A stretch of DNA of 38,222 nucleotides from Deltaproteobacteria bacterium. GTDB taxonomy: Bacteria > JAEEML01. This document shows positions 27,611 to 37,101 of this stretch, in pieces. The notes under the pieces were generated by a model, which worked only from the letters and a program-made list of their open reading frames with translations, was not told where the DNA came from and did no database searches. Within the stretch, counting starts at the first letter, position 1. Each line of letters starts with the position of its first letter. The position numbers and the translations under genes are program-made. The stretch covers positions 1 to 38,222 of the forward strand of contig JAEEML010000124.1 of NCBI GenBank assembly GCA_016283195.1, in the 5' to 3' direction.

Positions 27611-28846
27611 TTAAAGCGATTCAATCGGCGATTCTTCACCGTAATCATCGCTATACACCGGAGCACGCCCTTCATCATTATTGGCTCCGTCACGTGAATC
27701 AGCAGCTTCCGCACCGATAGCTTCGAGGGCATTAACTACCTGCATATTATCAGGATCAATCTCATAAGCCTCTCTAAGTATCGCCACGGCTTCATCCATT
27801 TTATCGAGTTCAACCAAACAGCCGGCCCAATCGAGACGCACCGGCACTCCTACATTCTTAGCCGCTTCTTTAGTTTTAGGCAAATAAGATAATCCTTTGC
27901 GGTAGTGCTCAACAGCATCGCCGCACCGTTTATCATGGCGCATATCATCGCCCAGGCGAATTTCATCAAAAGCTAATTGAATGCGGGTTTCGCCATCCTG
28001 ACGGGCTTTTTCATCGTCCTCGTTTTTAGCGCGCTCCTGGTCTAACATATTTTTATATGCTTCCGGCAAACGCTCTTCGGAGCTATCAACCTTCTCGATT
28101 TTAGAAGGTTTTATCTTTATGCGATAAAATATGCTAAGACCAAATCTAACCCCGGAAGTACTAACTACAGCCGAATCTTTAACAGCTGTTTTGCTGGACA
28201 ATTCGCCCTCACCGTAGAGGCCCAAACCAAAACCGCCGGCCAGCAGAAAATCAAGACCGACTCTTAAACCGGCAGCCACTTGGGCCAGCGACTCTTTATG
28301 AACTTCGTTCGGCCCGTTTAAGTACGATATACTACCGGCATTTACGCCAATAAAAGCGCCGGCATAAGGTTGCACGCGCAGTTTAAAGGGAGCAAAACGA
28401 GCATAAAAGCGAATAGGAATGATTGTCGCTTTGTAATTATTGATAGCATCGGGCTTAACACCGGTACCAATGGCCGAGCCATCATAAAGATTGCCTATAG
28501 CCATGCGCACACCAATTTGCAAAGCCAACTCGGTATAGGCCTTTAAAAATTGGGTTCCCAAATTGAGTTGCCCACCGTCAAAAACCTTGGCTTTACTCAT
28601 GGAATCGAGATTGCCCCAAGTTATTTTGGCAGTATCGGCAGTAAGCGGTTCCTGAAATTTAAAAGGAATAGGATGAGAGGTTTCGAGAGAAATATTCATC
28701 CCAAATTTGGATTCAACCGCCCTTCTCTCGGTTTTTATGGTTTCTTCGGTATCCTCGGCAGCCTGAGCGTGCAAAGGAGAAAGTAAAAAGCCCGCCAAGG
28801 CACATTTAATCAAGAACTTACCGTATTTAAAATGCACTTTACTCAT
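27611..28846 (-). CDS. Putative outer-membrane beta-barrel (OmpA/OmpW-like) fused to a C-terminal TPR domain
   Basis: Signal peptide (AQA); amphipathic strands IIPIRFYARF, VQPYAGAFIGV, AGLRVGLDF, GVRFGLSIFYR; then charged linker and 2-3 TPR-like repeats. Confidence 0.65.
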   Translation of the reverse strand: MSKVHFKYGKFLIKCALAGFLLSPLHAQAAEDTEETIKTERRAVESKFGMNISLETSHPIPFKFQEPLTADTAKITWGNLDSMSKAKVFDGGQLNLGTQFLKAYTELALQIGVRMAIGNLYDGSAIGTGVKPDAINNYKATIIPIRFYARFAPFKLRVQPYAGAFIGVNAGSISYLNGPNEVHKESLAQVAAGLRVGLDFLLAGGFGLGLYGEGELSSKTAVKDSAVVSTSGVRFGLSIFYRIKIKPSKIEKVDSSEERLPEAYKNMLDQERAKNEDDEKARQDGETRIQLAFDEIRLGDDMRHDKRCGDAVEHYRKGLSYLPKTKEAAKNVGVPVRLDWAGCLVELDKMDEAVAILREAYEIDPDNMQVVNALEAIGAEAADSRDGANNDEGRAPVYSDDYGEESPIESL

Positions 28847-28863
28847 AACATATCCCCAAAAAA

Positions 28864-30906
28864 TTATCTTTTTAAATAGGCCGCTTGCTTTTGCGACCAG
28901 ATTTTTTCGTATTTTTTGGCGCGGGCACCGGCGGCGGCAAAAGTATCAACAGTCACCTTATAAAACTCGCGCATGGTATTAGGCGCGGTCCGACGGTTGG
29001 TAATAAACATATTTTCGGCATCGGTAAACCATTGGTTAGCTGTATCAATATCGCCCAATTTTACATACATTATGCCCATTTGCCGATATACTTCCGGATA
29101 GCGCTCGCGAATTTCGGCCGCCTTTTGATAATAACCGACGGCGTCCTGATACTTAGCTTGTTCCTGTTTTAAAAAGCCTAATGAATAATAGCCTTCGGCA
29201 TAAGAAGAATTGATGGTAATAGCGCGGTTATAGGCTCCCTCAGCTTCGTCAAAATAAGCCGGTTTTTTGTCGCCGGAAGCCAGAGCCATTTTTAGCAAAA
29301 TATCGCCATATTTCAAATGATATTCTTTGCTTACACCTTCTTCTTTTGCTGCCAGGCGCTTCAAATTGGAAAGAGCTTTTTCATAATTACCAGCCTGAAT
29401 ATTGGCATCGACAATATCCAAAATAATGCGCTTTGAATCAGGATAAATAACCAGGGCACTTTCCAGATTGGCCATACCGCGGCTGGCCTCGCCGGCGGCT
29501 ATTAAAATCCGTCCGCGAGCATCCATCAGGATGGGATCTGTGGGATAAAGTTCTAAAGCGGCATCGATCTTCTGCTCGGCTTTTTTAAATTCATTTTCAC
29601 GCAAATAAAGTTCAGCCCAAGCCAGAGCAATAGCCGCTTGATCTTTGGGAGCAGTCAAATTAGCAGCTATTTTTTCCACTTTGCTAAGGCCATTTTCAAT
29701 TTCCGTAGCATCTTTATTCTGGCGAGTAGCCGCTATTAAAGCTCTGGCCTTGGCTATAGGATGGCCAGGGTTCATTACACCTGCTTTTTCCCAATAAAAA
29801 CGGGCGTTTCTTTCATCGCCATCGAGATAATAAGCATCTCCGAGAGAGAGAGTATAAAGAGGTGTACGCGAAGAAATATCCACGGCTTTTTTGAGCTCGG
29901 CAAGGCCAACATCAAGGCCGCCAAGCATACGCTCGGACATACCGGCCAAATAGAGCAAGCGCTCATCCTGCGCACCCTTTTTGATAAGGCCAGAAGCCAG
30001 TTGTTTAACATCTTTATAGCGCCCGTCAGCTAGGCCCAGGAGACCCTCGGCCATATATGTTTCGGCTTTTTCGATACCCCGGCGGCGACATTCTTTAAGA
30101 TAATATTCGGCACGCGTCCGGTGAGCTTGCATACCATGTTCAAAAAAGAGCATGGCATGGGCTTCGGAAAGCCCGCTTAGGGCATAATCATTTTTGCTGT
30201 CAAGAGCGAGAACTTTTTCATAAGTTTCAATAGAATAACTGACAGCAGGAACATCACCGGCCACTGCCGACGGCCGCGCTTGCATAACCAGGCTGGCCGC
30301 TTCATAAGCCACATCGGCCCGCCACTTGTAAATACCGAAAAGCGCGCTGCAACAAAGCGCAGCTATAGCAACTTGCAAAAGTGCCGAGGGCAAAGTTTCG
30401 CGTTCAGGCTTTTCTGGGACAATAGAATGAAAAGCATTGGCGCTATCTGCCGAAATTTCCGCAATATTTTCACCCAAGCCGCGCAAAAGTTCCACCGTCT
30501 GGCGATCTTTATTATCAAGCGCATAAGCCTCTTTTAAGTAGCTTAGAGCATTCTCTTTTTTATTTTCTTCCAGAGCCAGTTCACCAAGCATTCTAAGGGC
30601 CGCGCTATTTTTATGCAAACGGTCCCCCAAAGAGGTAAGTATTTGTTTGGCTTCGTTATTTCTAAAAGTATCAAAATAGGCACAGCCTAGAAGAAAGCGG
30701 ACTTCCGGATCTTTGGTGAGCGCGCCCTGGTTGCCAATCAATTTGATGACTTTACCGGGCTTTCCGGCCGCCAAATAAGCCTCAGCCAGTGGTTTAAAAT
30801 AATTGCGGTCAGCCTTATACTTCTGCTCAAGTTGCCGAATTTGTTCGGCATCTCCCAGCCTGTGTTCTTTTAAAAGCGTGGCACCATGCTCCGTCATAGT
30901 GGCCAT
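28864..30906 (-). CDS. Bitopic membrane protein with TPR domains on both sides of a TM helix
   Basis: ATG 30906 with GGAGG SD (track start 30921); N-terminal TPRs, TM ALLQVAIAALCCSALFGIYKW, many C-terminal TPRs. Confidence 0.75.
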   Translation of the reverse strand: MATMTEHGATLLKEHRLGDAEQIRQLEQKYKADRNYFKPLAEAYLAAGKPGKVIKLIGNQGALTKDPEVRFLLGCAYFDTFRNNEAKQILTSLGDRLHKNSAALRMLGELALEENKKENALSYLKEAYALDNKDRQTVELLRGLGENIAEISADSANAFHSIVPEKPERETLPSALLQVAIAALCCSALFGIYKWRADVAYEAASLVMQARPSAVAGDVPAVSYSIETYEKVLALDSKNDYALSGLSEAHAMLFFEHGMQAHRTRAEYYLKECRRRGIEKAETYMAEGLLGLADGRYKDVKQLASGLIKKGAQDERLLYLAGMSERMLGGLDVGLAELKKAVDISSRTPLYTLSLGDAYYLDGDERNARFYWEKAGVMNPGHPIAKARALIAATRQNKDATEIENGLSKVEKIAANLTAPKDQAAIALAWAELYLRENEFKKAEQKIDAALELYPTDPILMDARGRILIAAGEASRGMANLESALVIYPDSKRIILDIVDANIQAGNYEKALSNLKRLAAKEEGVSKEYHLKYGDILLKMALASGDKKPAYFDEAEGAYNRAITINSSYAEGYYSLGFLKQEQAKYQDAVGYYQKAAEIRERYPEVYRQMGIMYVKLGDIDTANQWFTDAENMFITNRRTAPNTMREFYKVTVDTFAAAGARAKKYEKIWSQKQAAYLKR

Positions 30907-31063
30907 ATAAACCCTCCGCACTACAGAGTACAGCAGCTCTAACCGCTACCAGAGCCACATTATATTGTCAAGTGGCCCAAGACTCGAGGCCGCATTATAA
31001 TGCCAAGCGGCGATCTATGGAAGCTATTTTACACAATTTTTATCTATACAGAGCCACTCCCCT

Positions 31064-32083
31064 ATGTTACTTTTAGGTCGGGCGGCTGAGATGGGCGAAG
31101 AACTTTTCGGCAAATATAGACTCATTGAATTTATCGGCAAAGGCGGAATGGCTGAGGTCTATAAAGCCTCAGCCGAAAGCGGCCCCTTTGTCGGTCGTAA
31201 CTTGGCAATAAAGCGCATCTTGCCGGAATTTCAGGATAATTCCGAATATACAGATCTTTTCCTGGCTGAGGCTGATTTAACCAGGATGCTCAAACACCAT
31301 GCAATTATACCTGTTTTGGAAACGGGCATAATTGCCGGAAGATACTATATTCTCATGGATTTTATCAGCGGCATGGATTTGGAAAAGCTCACCTACTGGT
31401 GTCAGCAGTTTAGTATTACCCTGCCCGTTGATTTTTGCTGTTTCATTGCCTATACCATCGCCGAAGCCCTTTCTTATGCTCACAACGCCAAGTCCCCAAG
31501 CGGCACACCGCTTAATATTGTGCACTGCGATGTGACACCGGCTAATATTTTTATTTCCGATATGGGCGAGATTTTTCTGGGCGATTTCGGTGTTTCACAG
31601 AGCATCGGCCTCCTGCAGCGCGATGAGCACGCCGTTATGGGCAAAGCCTCTTATATGGCGCCGGAACAAATCACCGGCCAGGAGGTTTTGTCGGCCACTG
31701 ATATTTTTGCTCTGGGCACCATATTTTATCAGCTGATAACCGGGCGCCCAGCTTATAAAGGCAAAAATTATAATGCCACCTGGGATGCCATCTTGGCCGG
31801 TAGCCACACCCAAGCGATAAAGTTGCGCCCGGAAATTTCCCCCGAGTTGAACATGGTAATCGAGCGCGCCATTGCGCCGAATCTGCCGGCCGGCGGCCTG
31901 CATGGCTGGCTGCGTCATAATCTGACTCCCTGGAGCACAGAGCGTTACACCGCTGCCGATGAATTACTCAAAGACTTAGGGCCCCTTTTTGATCATAAAA
32001 TAGGCGACCCATTGGCTATAGCCGCCGTGGTTCGCGGCATTCAACATGTTTTAAAAAGCAAACAACCGGCGAGTTGTCGCTAG
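31064..32083 (+). CDS. Hanks-type Ser/Thr protein kinase, soluble, non-RD
   Basis: GKGGMAEVY, AIK, HCDVTPANI, DFG, GKASYMAPEQ, DIFALG; start may be ATG 31091. Confidence 0.92.
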   Translation: MLLLGRAAEMGEELFGKYRLIEFIGKGGMAEVYKASAESGPFVGRNLAIKRILPEFQDNSEYTDLFLAEADLTRMLKHHAIIPVLETGIIAGRYYILMDFISGMDLEKLTYWCQQFSITLPVDFCCFIAYTIAEALSYAHNAKSPSGTPLNIVHCDVTPANIFISDMGEIFLGDFGVSQSIGLLQRDEHAVMGKASYMAPEQITGQEVLSATDIFALGTIFYQLITGRPAYKGKNYNATWDAILAGSHTQAIKLRPEISPELNMVIERAIAPNLPAGGLHGWLRHNLTPWSTERYTAADELLKDLGPLFDHKIGDPLAIAAVVRGIQHVLKSKQPASCR

Positions 32084-32105
32084 GTAATATTATGGAGTTT
32101 TTATA

Positions 32106-34100
32106 ATGAAAACGGCCAATTTAGCCATCATGTTTACCGACATTCAAGGCTATACCGAAAAAACTTCCGCCTCTTCCAGAGAAGAAGCTCGCGACCTTTT
32201 AAGCAAACATGCCAACCTGCTGATGCCTATTATCCGCCATTTTCGCGGGCGCCTTGTCAAAACGATAGGCGATGCCTTTCTGGTGGTTTTTTACTCACCG
32301 ACGGCAGCTGTTCTTTGCGGCACCACCATTCAGGATGCTCTTTACAGGTACAATAGCGACAAAGATTCGCAAAATCACATAAATATTCGCGTGGCTATTA
32401 ATGTCGGCGAGGTGATTCTCTCACGCGGCGATGTTTATGGAGAAGCGGTAAATATTGCTTCCAGAGTGGAAAATATCACTCCGGCTCAGGAGGTGTATTT
32501 AACCGAATCGGTCTATCTCTCGATGAATAAGACAGAAATTCGCACCGAAAGAATCGGTGAATTTAATTTAAAGGGCATTCCGGAACCGGTTACCGTTTAC
32601 TGCGCCCCCCACAATAAGATCACTCAGACCGAAGATGATGTTTCCGGAGCAGGCAATATTCAGCGCCGCCTCACTGCCCCGGCACTTTTAACCATGCCTT
32701 ACGGCGGTAAGCACCTGGCCGAGGTAGATTCGGAAATTATTACGCCACGACGTCTAAAAGTTCTTTTGATTTCAGCACTTATTCTGCTTGTTGCCGCCAT
32801 TTCCACTTTTATTGTGCCCAGAGTCCGCAACAATTATCAATGGTCACAGGTCGAATCGGCCATTGGCCGCGGACAAATCGAAAGAGCGCAATCGCTCCTT
32901 AATCAAATTCCCAATCGCGTGGAAACCGACACATCACGCCGTTTTATTTTGCAAGTGGAAATTGCCACCCGCCTTTTGGAGCGTCATGAGTCTGAGCGCT
33001 CAGCTTTAATTCTGGCAGATCTAAAGCCTCAAGATCTATCAGATAAAACAATGGTTTTTCGCTTGCAATTAAGAGCACTTGAACAATTTATAGAGGCCGG
33101 CCAACTGGATACGGCTCTGCATACTATTTCCAGTATCGCCACTTATTCCGATACCGAAAAACGCGCTCTCATTGATATGCACATCGTTCTTGCCGAAGCC
33201 CTTTTAAAAATCGGGCGCTTTGAGGAACTGAAAAGCGAAGTGGAGTTTTTGCAGACAGTGGCTCCGGGTAATGCCAAAACTCACCTTTTGGCCGGCCACC
33301 TGCACATGGCATTAAGCCAGCGCGAACAAACTTTCCAAGAAATTAAAACTGCCTTTATTCATTACGAAAAAGCACTACAAACGGAGCTGGCTCTCGCCAG
33401 TAACGAGCTCCTCCTCGATAACGTGGCCCACTCATATGAAGAATTGCAGGAAAACGAAAAGCAGCAAGTCATCATTATTACCCAGGCGGCTTCTCTCATT
33501 GATAAATATCTTGGCGCAAAAGCCATAGATCCGCTTATTTCTCAGCTGGAAAACGGCAATAACAATAAATTGGCCCGCCGGGCTTTAACCGCGCAAATAG
33601 CCAAACTGGGAGCCAGCAGTGATGTTGACAACATAAAACTGGCTATTGAAGATTTGGAAGGTATCACCTGTAACACGGCCACCAATCGCCGCCATGCTAT
33701 GCGTCTCATCGACAGACTCCGGGAAACTGGTACAGCCGATGTGCGGCCTCTGGGGGCGCTGCTAAAATTTGCCGCCAAACAAAACGGTTGCCAAGCCTAT
33801 GCCTTACAGGCCATCCAGAGACTTATCGGCAAAGATATCGGCTTTATGGCTAAATCCGATCTCACCCTCGCTCCTGTTTTGGAAGAGCTCAGCAATGCCA
33901 ATTGTCAGCGTCTGAAAAATCGCCAGCGGGCCAAAGCCATCCTGGACAATATGAAACGCATCGGCGATTTGCGTACGGTGGGGCCAATTTTAGCTTTCGC
34001 CCAAAAATCCCCCAAATGTGCCGAGCAGGCCATTAACACGGCCAGTGCCATTTTGGGCACAAAAGTACAATTTCAAGAATCTTCCGCAGAAAATCAGTAG
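32106..34100 (+). CDS. Class III adenylate cyclase with one TM helix and an extracytoplasmic helical-repeat domain
   Basis: MFTDIQGYT, KTIGDAF, DVYGEAVNIASR, LKG; ATP-specifying K and D present; TM VLLISALILLVAAISTFIV. Confidence 0.9.
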   Translation: MKTANLAIMFTDIQGYTEKTSASSREEARDLLSKHANLLMPIIRHFRGRLVKTIGDAFLVVFYSPTAAVLCGTTIQDALYRYNSDKDSQNHINIRVAINVGEVILSRGDVYGEAVNIASRVENITPAQEVYLTESVYLSMNKTEIRTERIGEFNLKGIPEPVTVYCAPHNKITQTEDDVSGAGNIQRRLTAPALLTMPYGGKHLAEVDSEIITPRRLKVLLISALILLVAAISTFIVPRVRNNYQWSQVESAIGRGQIERAQSLLNQIPNRVETDTSRRFILQVEIATRLLERHESERSALILADLKPQDLSDKTMVFRLQLRALEQFIEAGQLDTALHTISSIATYSDTEKRALIDMHIVLAEALLKIGRFEELKSEVEFLQTVAPGNAKTHLLAGHLHMALSQREQTFQEIKTAFIHYEKALQTELALASNELLLDNVAHSYEELQENEKQQVIIITQAASLIDKYLGAKAIDPLISQLENGNNNKLARRALTAQIAKLGASSDVDNIKLAIEDLEGITCNTATNRRHAMRLIDRLRETGTADVRPLGALLKFAAKQNGCQAYALQAIQRLIGKDIGFMAKSDLTLAPVLEELSNANCQRLKNRQRAKAILDNMKRIGDLRTVGPILAFAQKSPKCAEQAINTASAILGTKVQFQESSAENQ

Positions 34101-34150
34101 AAATATTTTTCCCTAACCGCTTCATTGCCCAGATTATTGAAAATAAATGA

Positions 34151-34179
34151 TAGACATAAGCGCTCCTGTGCACTAGAAT
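34151..34179 (+). promoter_or_regulatory. Sigma70-type promoter for the chemosensory operon
   Basis: TAGACA (34151-34156), 17-bp spacer, TAGAAT (34174-34179); each box 5/6 to consensus; AT-rich upstream. Confidence 0.6.
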
Positions 34180-34244
34180 ACTTCCCCTTAGGGGCGGCCT
34201 TATGGCCGATTAACAGCATAGTGCTTTGCGTGAAAGCGTCATAA

Positions 34245-36686
34245 ATGAGTTTGGAAGGTAGTCTGACAGATATTCCGCTGGGTGAGTTGTTCCAAATCAT
34301 CTCTATGGCTAATAAAACCGGCTCTATAGTTTTACATACAGTCGGAGCCAGTGGTGAAATATTGCTATCGGCCGGCAAAGTATCGGCTGTGCTCAACAGC
34401 AATGTCAAAACAACCATAGGTGAAGTTCTCTTTGAAGACGGCATTATTTCCCCGCAACAATACCAGGAAATGATGTATTATCATCGCCACCATCCGGAAA
34501 ACGAGGATTATCAACCCCCGCGGCTCTGGGAAAAATTCGGTATCGATCCGGCCCAGGTTGAAAGCACATTAAAACACGCTGTGGAGAGCCTCATCTACCC
34601 CATGTTTGAATGGGATGGCACTTTTGATTACACAGTAGATGACAGTGTTATGGATAATTACCGGATATTCTCGGTAAATTCTCCGATGATTGTGCTTAAA
34701 AACGGCATAAATCCCCAATGGTTAGCTATGGAGGGTATGCGCCTTCTCGATGAGAAAAAGCGCAGTGAACCCGATCCTTATTCCGATTTTCTGGAATACA
34801 AAGAAAAGAAGCGGGAAGAAGAGTTTGGCTCTCTCAGCACACCTGCTTATGACGACCCCTTTGTCAGCGAAGTAACCGATGATGATGATTTTTCGGATCT
34901 CAACGACTCTGTAAACAAGGAGCCGGAAAAAGCCCCCGAACAAGAGCCGGAGCAAGAGCCGGAACAAGAGCCGGAACAAGAGCCGGAACAAGAGCCGGAG
35001 CAAGAACCGGAACAAAAACCGGAACAAGAGCCGGAGCAAGAGCCCAAACAAGAACCGGAGCAAGAACCGGAACAAGAGCCGAAGCAACCGGAAGAAAAAG
35101 CTCCGATCGGCCTTCATGAACATGCTCAGTCAATAACTATTGAAGTCAGCGATATAGTGCGCGATGCCCTAGCAGCGGCAGCTAAAGCTAAAGAGATATC
35201 CTCTAACGGCCCTCTGGCCAAAACTGAAGTGGCTGTTAAACCGAAATCGGAGCAAGAGCCGGAACAAGAACCCAAGCAAGAGCCAGAACAGGAACCGGAA
35301 CAGGAACCGGAACAGGAACCGGAACAAGAGCCAGAACAAGAGCCAGAACAAGAGCAGAAGCCTGAACAGGAACCGGAGCAAGAACCGGAACAAGAGCAGA
35401 AGCCAGAACAGGAACAGGAACAGGAACCGGAGCAAGAGCAGGAGCCAGAACAAGAGCCCGAACAAGAGCCCGAGCAGGAGCCCACAGATATTAAATATGC
35501 CGCAGGATGCACAACCATTGTCATAGACGATGACGAGACTTACCTAAGCCAAGTTAAGTCTGAGCTAACCAGCCTTAATCTTTCTGTTTTTACTTGTAAA
35601 TCAGTGCGGCTTGGTATCGATCAAATCAAAGAATCTTTGGCAAAAGAAGTACCGCTTCTCGTTATTGCCGATTTGGTAATAGCCAGATCGGACAGCAGCG
35701 GCATTTTAGGCGGCCTCGAAGTTTTAGCCGAGCTGAAAAAGCTTAATTCTTCCGTGCCTATAATTATTGTCACCGATTACAATAATGAAGATGCCAGGAA
35801 GGAGGCTCTCTCCTCCGGCGCCAATCATTTTATAGACAAGCCGCGCCGGAGTGCCATTTTGCCTAATGCCGTTTCTTCTGAAATGGCAGCTTTTTTCAAG
35901 AAAATAGAGCAGTTAATTGAGCCGCTTTTGCCTAAATCAAGCAAAGCGGACATAGCTCCTTCAGAGCCTGAGTCTGAGCCCAAAGCCCAAACAGCGGCCG
36001 AACCGCAAAATCAAGCTTTGGAAGAAGCACCGGCCGAAGATGCGCCGAAAACGCAAAAAGATGAGCCAGAAAATGATTTTGACCTCACAGCCGAGCTTTC
36101 CGAAGAACTTAGCGATGTGACTTTAGAGCTCGAAGAAGAGGCTCCGGCAGCCGGGCACGATTCGCCGGAAATTTCCACTCTAAAATCTATGATGCTTGAG
36201 CTGAATGACCCGGCAAACAAAGAAAATATCACTCTTCTAATTCTGCGTTTTGCCGCGAGTATTCTCCCGCGGGCGGCAATTTTTTATATTACCGATAACG
36301 AAGCTATCGGCCTTGGGGGATTTTCAAGTATAAACGGCGAGGAAGAAAATAGTAATTTTATTCAAAAAATACGCAAGCTTACCCTACCGATAGATAATGA
36401 TTCCATATTTAAAACAATTGTTAGCTTCCGCACCCCATATCGTGGTATTCTGCCAAATACGGCAGCTAATAATCTGCTGCTGGAAAAACTTGGGGGTATA
36501 AAGCCTATTGAGGTTTTTGCCGCGCCTATTGTCTCCGCCAACAAAGTGGCGGCGATTTTATACGGCGACACCGTATCCCAGCCTCTCACCAATACTCAGG
36601 GGCTGGAAATATTTTTATTGCAAGCCGGTTTGGCTATGGAGCGCACACTTTTAGAACGTAAACTCCTTGAGGCCAGTAAACACTGA
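34245..36686 (+). CDS. DUF4388 (PATAN-like) - (EPEQ)n linker - receiver - GAF-like protein
   Basis: MSLEGSLTDIPLGELFQIISMANKTG...LAMEGMRLLDE (DUF4388); receiver IVIDDD / VIAD / IIIVT / FIDKP; C-terminal GAF-like VFAAPI...AAILYGD. Confidence 0.85.
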   Translation: MSLEGSLTDIPLGELFQIISMANKTGSIVLHTVGASGEILLSAGKVSAVLNSNVKTTIGEVLFEDGIISPQQYQEMMYYHRHHPENEDYQPPRLWEKFGIDPAQVESTLKHAVESLIYPMFEWDGTFDYTVDDSVMDNYRIFSVNSPMIVLKNGINPQWLAMEGMRLLDEKKRSEPDPYSDFLEYKEKKREEEFGSLSTPAYDDPFVSEVTDDDDFSDLNDSVNKEPEKAPEQEPEQEPEQEPEQEPEQEPEQEPEQKPEQEPEQEPKQEPEQEPEQEPKQPEEKAPIGLHEHAQSITIEVSDIVRDALAAAAKAKEISSNGPLAKTEVAVKPKSEQEPEQEPKQEPEQEPEQEPEQEPEQEPEQEPEQEQKPEQEPEQEPEQEQKPEQEQEQEPEQEQEPEQEPEQEPEQEPTDIKYAAGCTTIVIDDDETYLSQVKSELTSLNLSVFTCKSVRLGIDQIKESLAKEVPLLVIADLVIARSDSSGILGGLEVLAELKKLNSSVPIIIVTDYNNEDARKEALSSGANHFIDKPRRSAILPNAVSSEMAAFFKKIEQLIEPLLPKSSKADIAPSEPESEPKAQTAAEPQNQALEEAPAEDAPKTQKDEPENDFDLTAELSEELSDVTLELEEEAPAAGHDSPEISTLKSMMLELNDPANKENITLLILRFAASILPRAAIFYITDNEAIGLGGFSSINGEEENSNFIQKIRKLTLPIDNDSIFKTIVSFRTPYRGILPNTAANNLLLEKLGGIKPIEVFAAPIVSANKVAAILYGDTVSQPLTNTQGLEIFLLQAGLAMERTLLERKLLEASKH
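34920..35093 (+). repeat. Coding 12-bp tandem repeat, block 1 (EPEQ)
   Basis: Degenerate GAGCCGGAACAA units in frame with the 813-aa ORF. Confidence 0.95.
35250..35483 (+). repeat. Coding 12-bp tandem repeat, block 2 (EPEQ, EQKP and EQ variants)
   Basis: Degenerate GA(G/A)CC(G/A)GA(A/G)CA(A/G) units with some 6- and 18-bp variants; 78 codons. Confidence 0.95.
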
Positions 36687-36714
36687 GCCGATAGGTGCAG
36701 AGCGAGAGGTTATA

Positions 36715-37101
36715 ATGAAGGTACTCGTTGTTGAAGACAGTTCGGCCATGCGTAATGTCATTGCTTCTACAGCTGAAGAAGTACAGGGGGTTGTGGCAGT
36801 GCAGGCACCCAATGGTTTTGAGGCTTTAAAGCTTTTGCCAAGCGGTGATTTTGCCCTTATTATTACCGATATAAATATGCCGGATTTAAACGGACTGGAA
36901 CTAATCCGTTACATAAGACAGCACCCCCGTTATCAAACCACCCCTTTGTTTATTGTTACAACTGAAGGCAGCGATACCGATAGGCAGCGCGGTTTGGCTC
37001 TTGGCGTAAACGAATATTTAATAAAGCCATTTGATCCACGGGCCCTCAAAACGTTAATCAACAAATATTTGGTGGAAGAAGGAGCTAATCGTGGTGAGTA
37101 A
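36715..37101 (+). CDS. cheY: Single-domain response regulator, CheY-like
   Basis: MKVLVVEDS, ITDINMPDLNG, IVTT, IKPF; ATG 36715 with GAGAGG SD; directly before cheA. Confidence 0.85.
   Translation: MKVLVVEDSSAMRNVIASTAEEVQGVVAVQAPNGFEALKLLPSGDFALIITDINMPDLNGLELIRYIRQHPRYQTTPLFIVTTEGSDTDRQRGLALGVNEYLIKPFDPRALKTLINKYLVEEGANRGE

Noticed and set aside
34094-34444. 116-aa minus-strand ORF spanning the intergenic region
   Set aside because: Overlaps the DUF4388 gene antisense and a good plus-strand promoter; no coding hallmarks
34920-35483. Possible CRISPR array
   Set aside because: Contiguous 12-bp coding repeats without unique spacers; no cas genes
34722-35524. Minus-strand (CSGS)n and (LLFR)n ORFs resembling Cys-rich or membrane peptides
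   Set aside because: Alternative-frame readings of the EPEQ repeat; third-position variation fits the plus-strand frame
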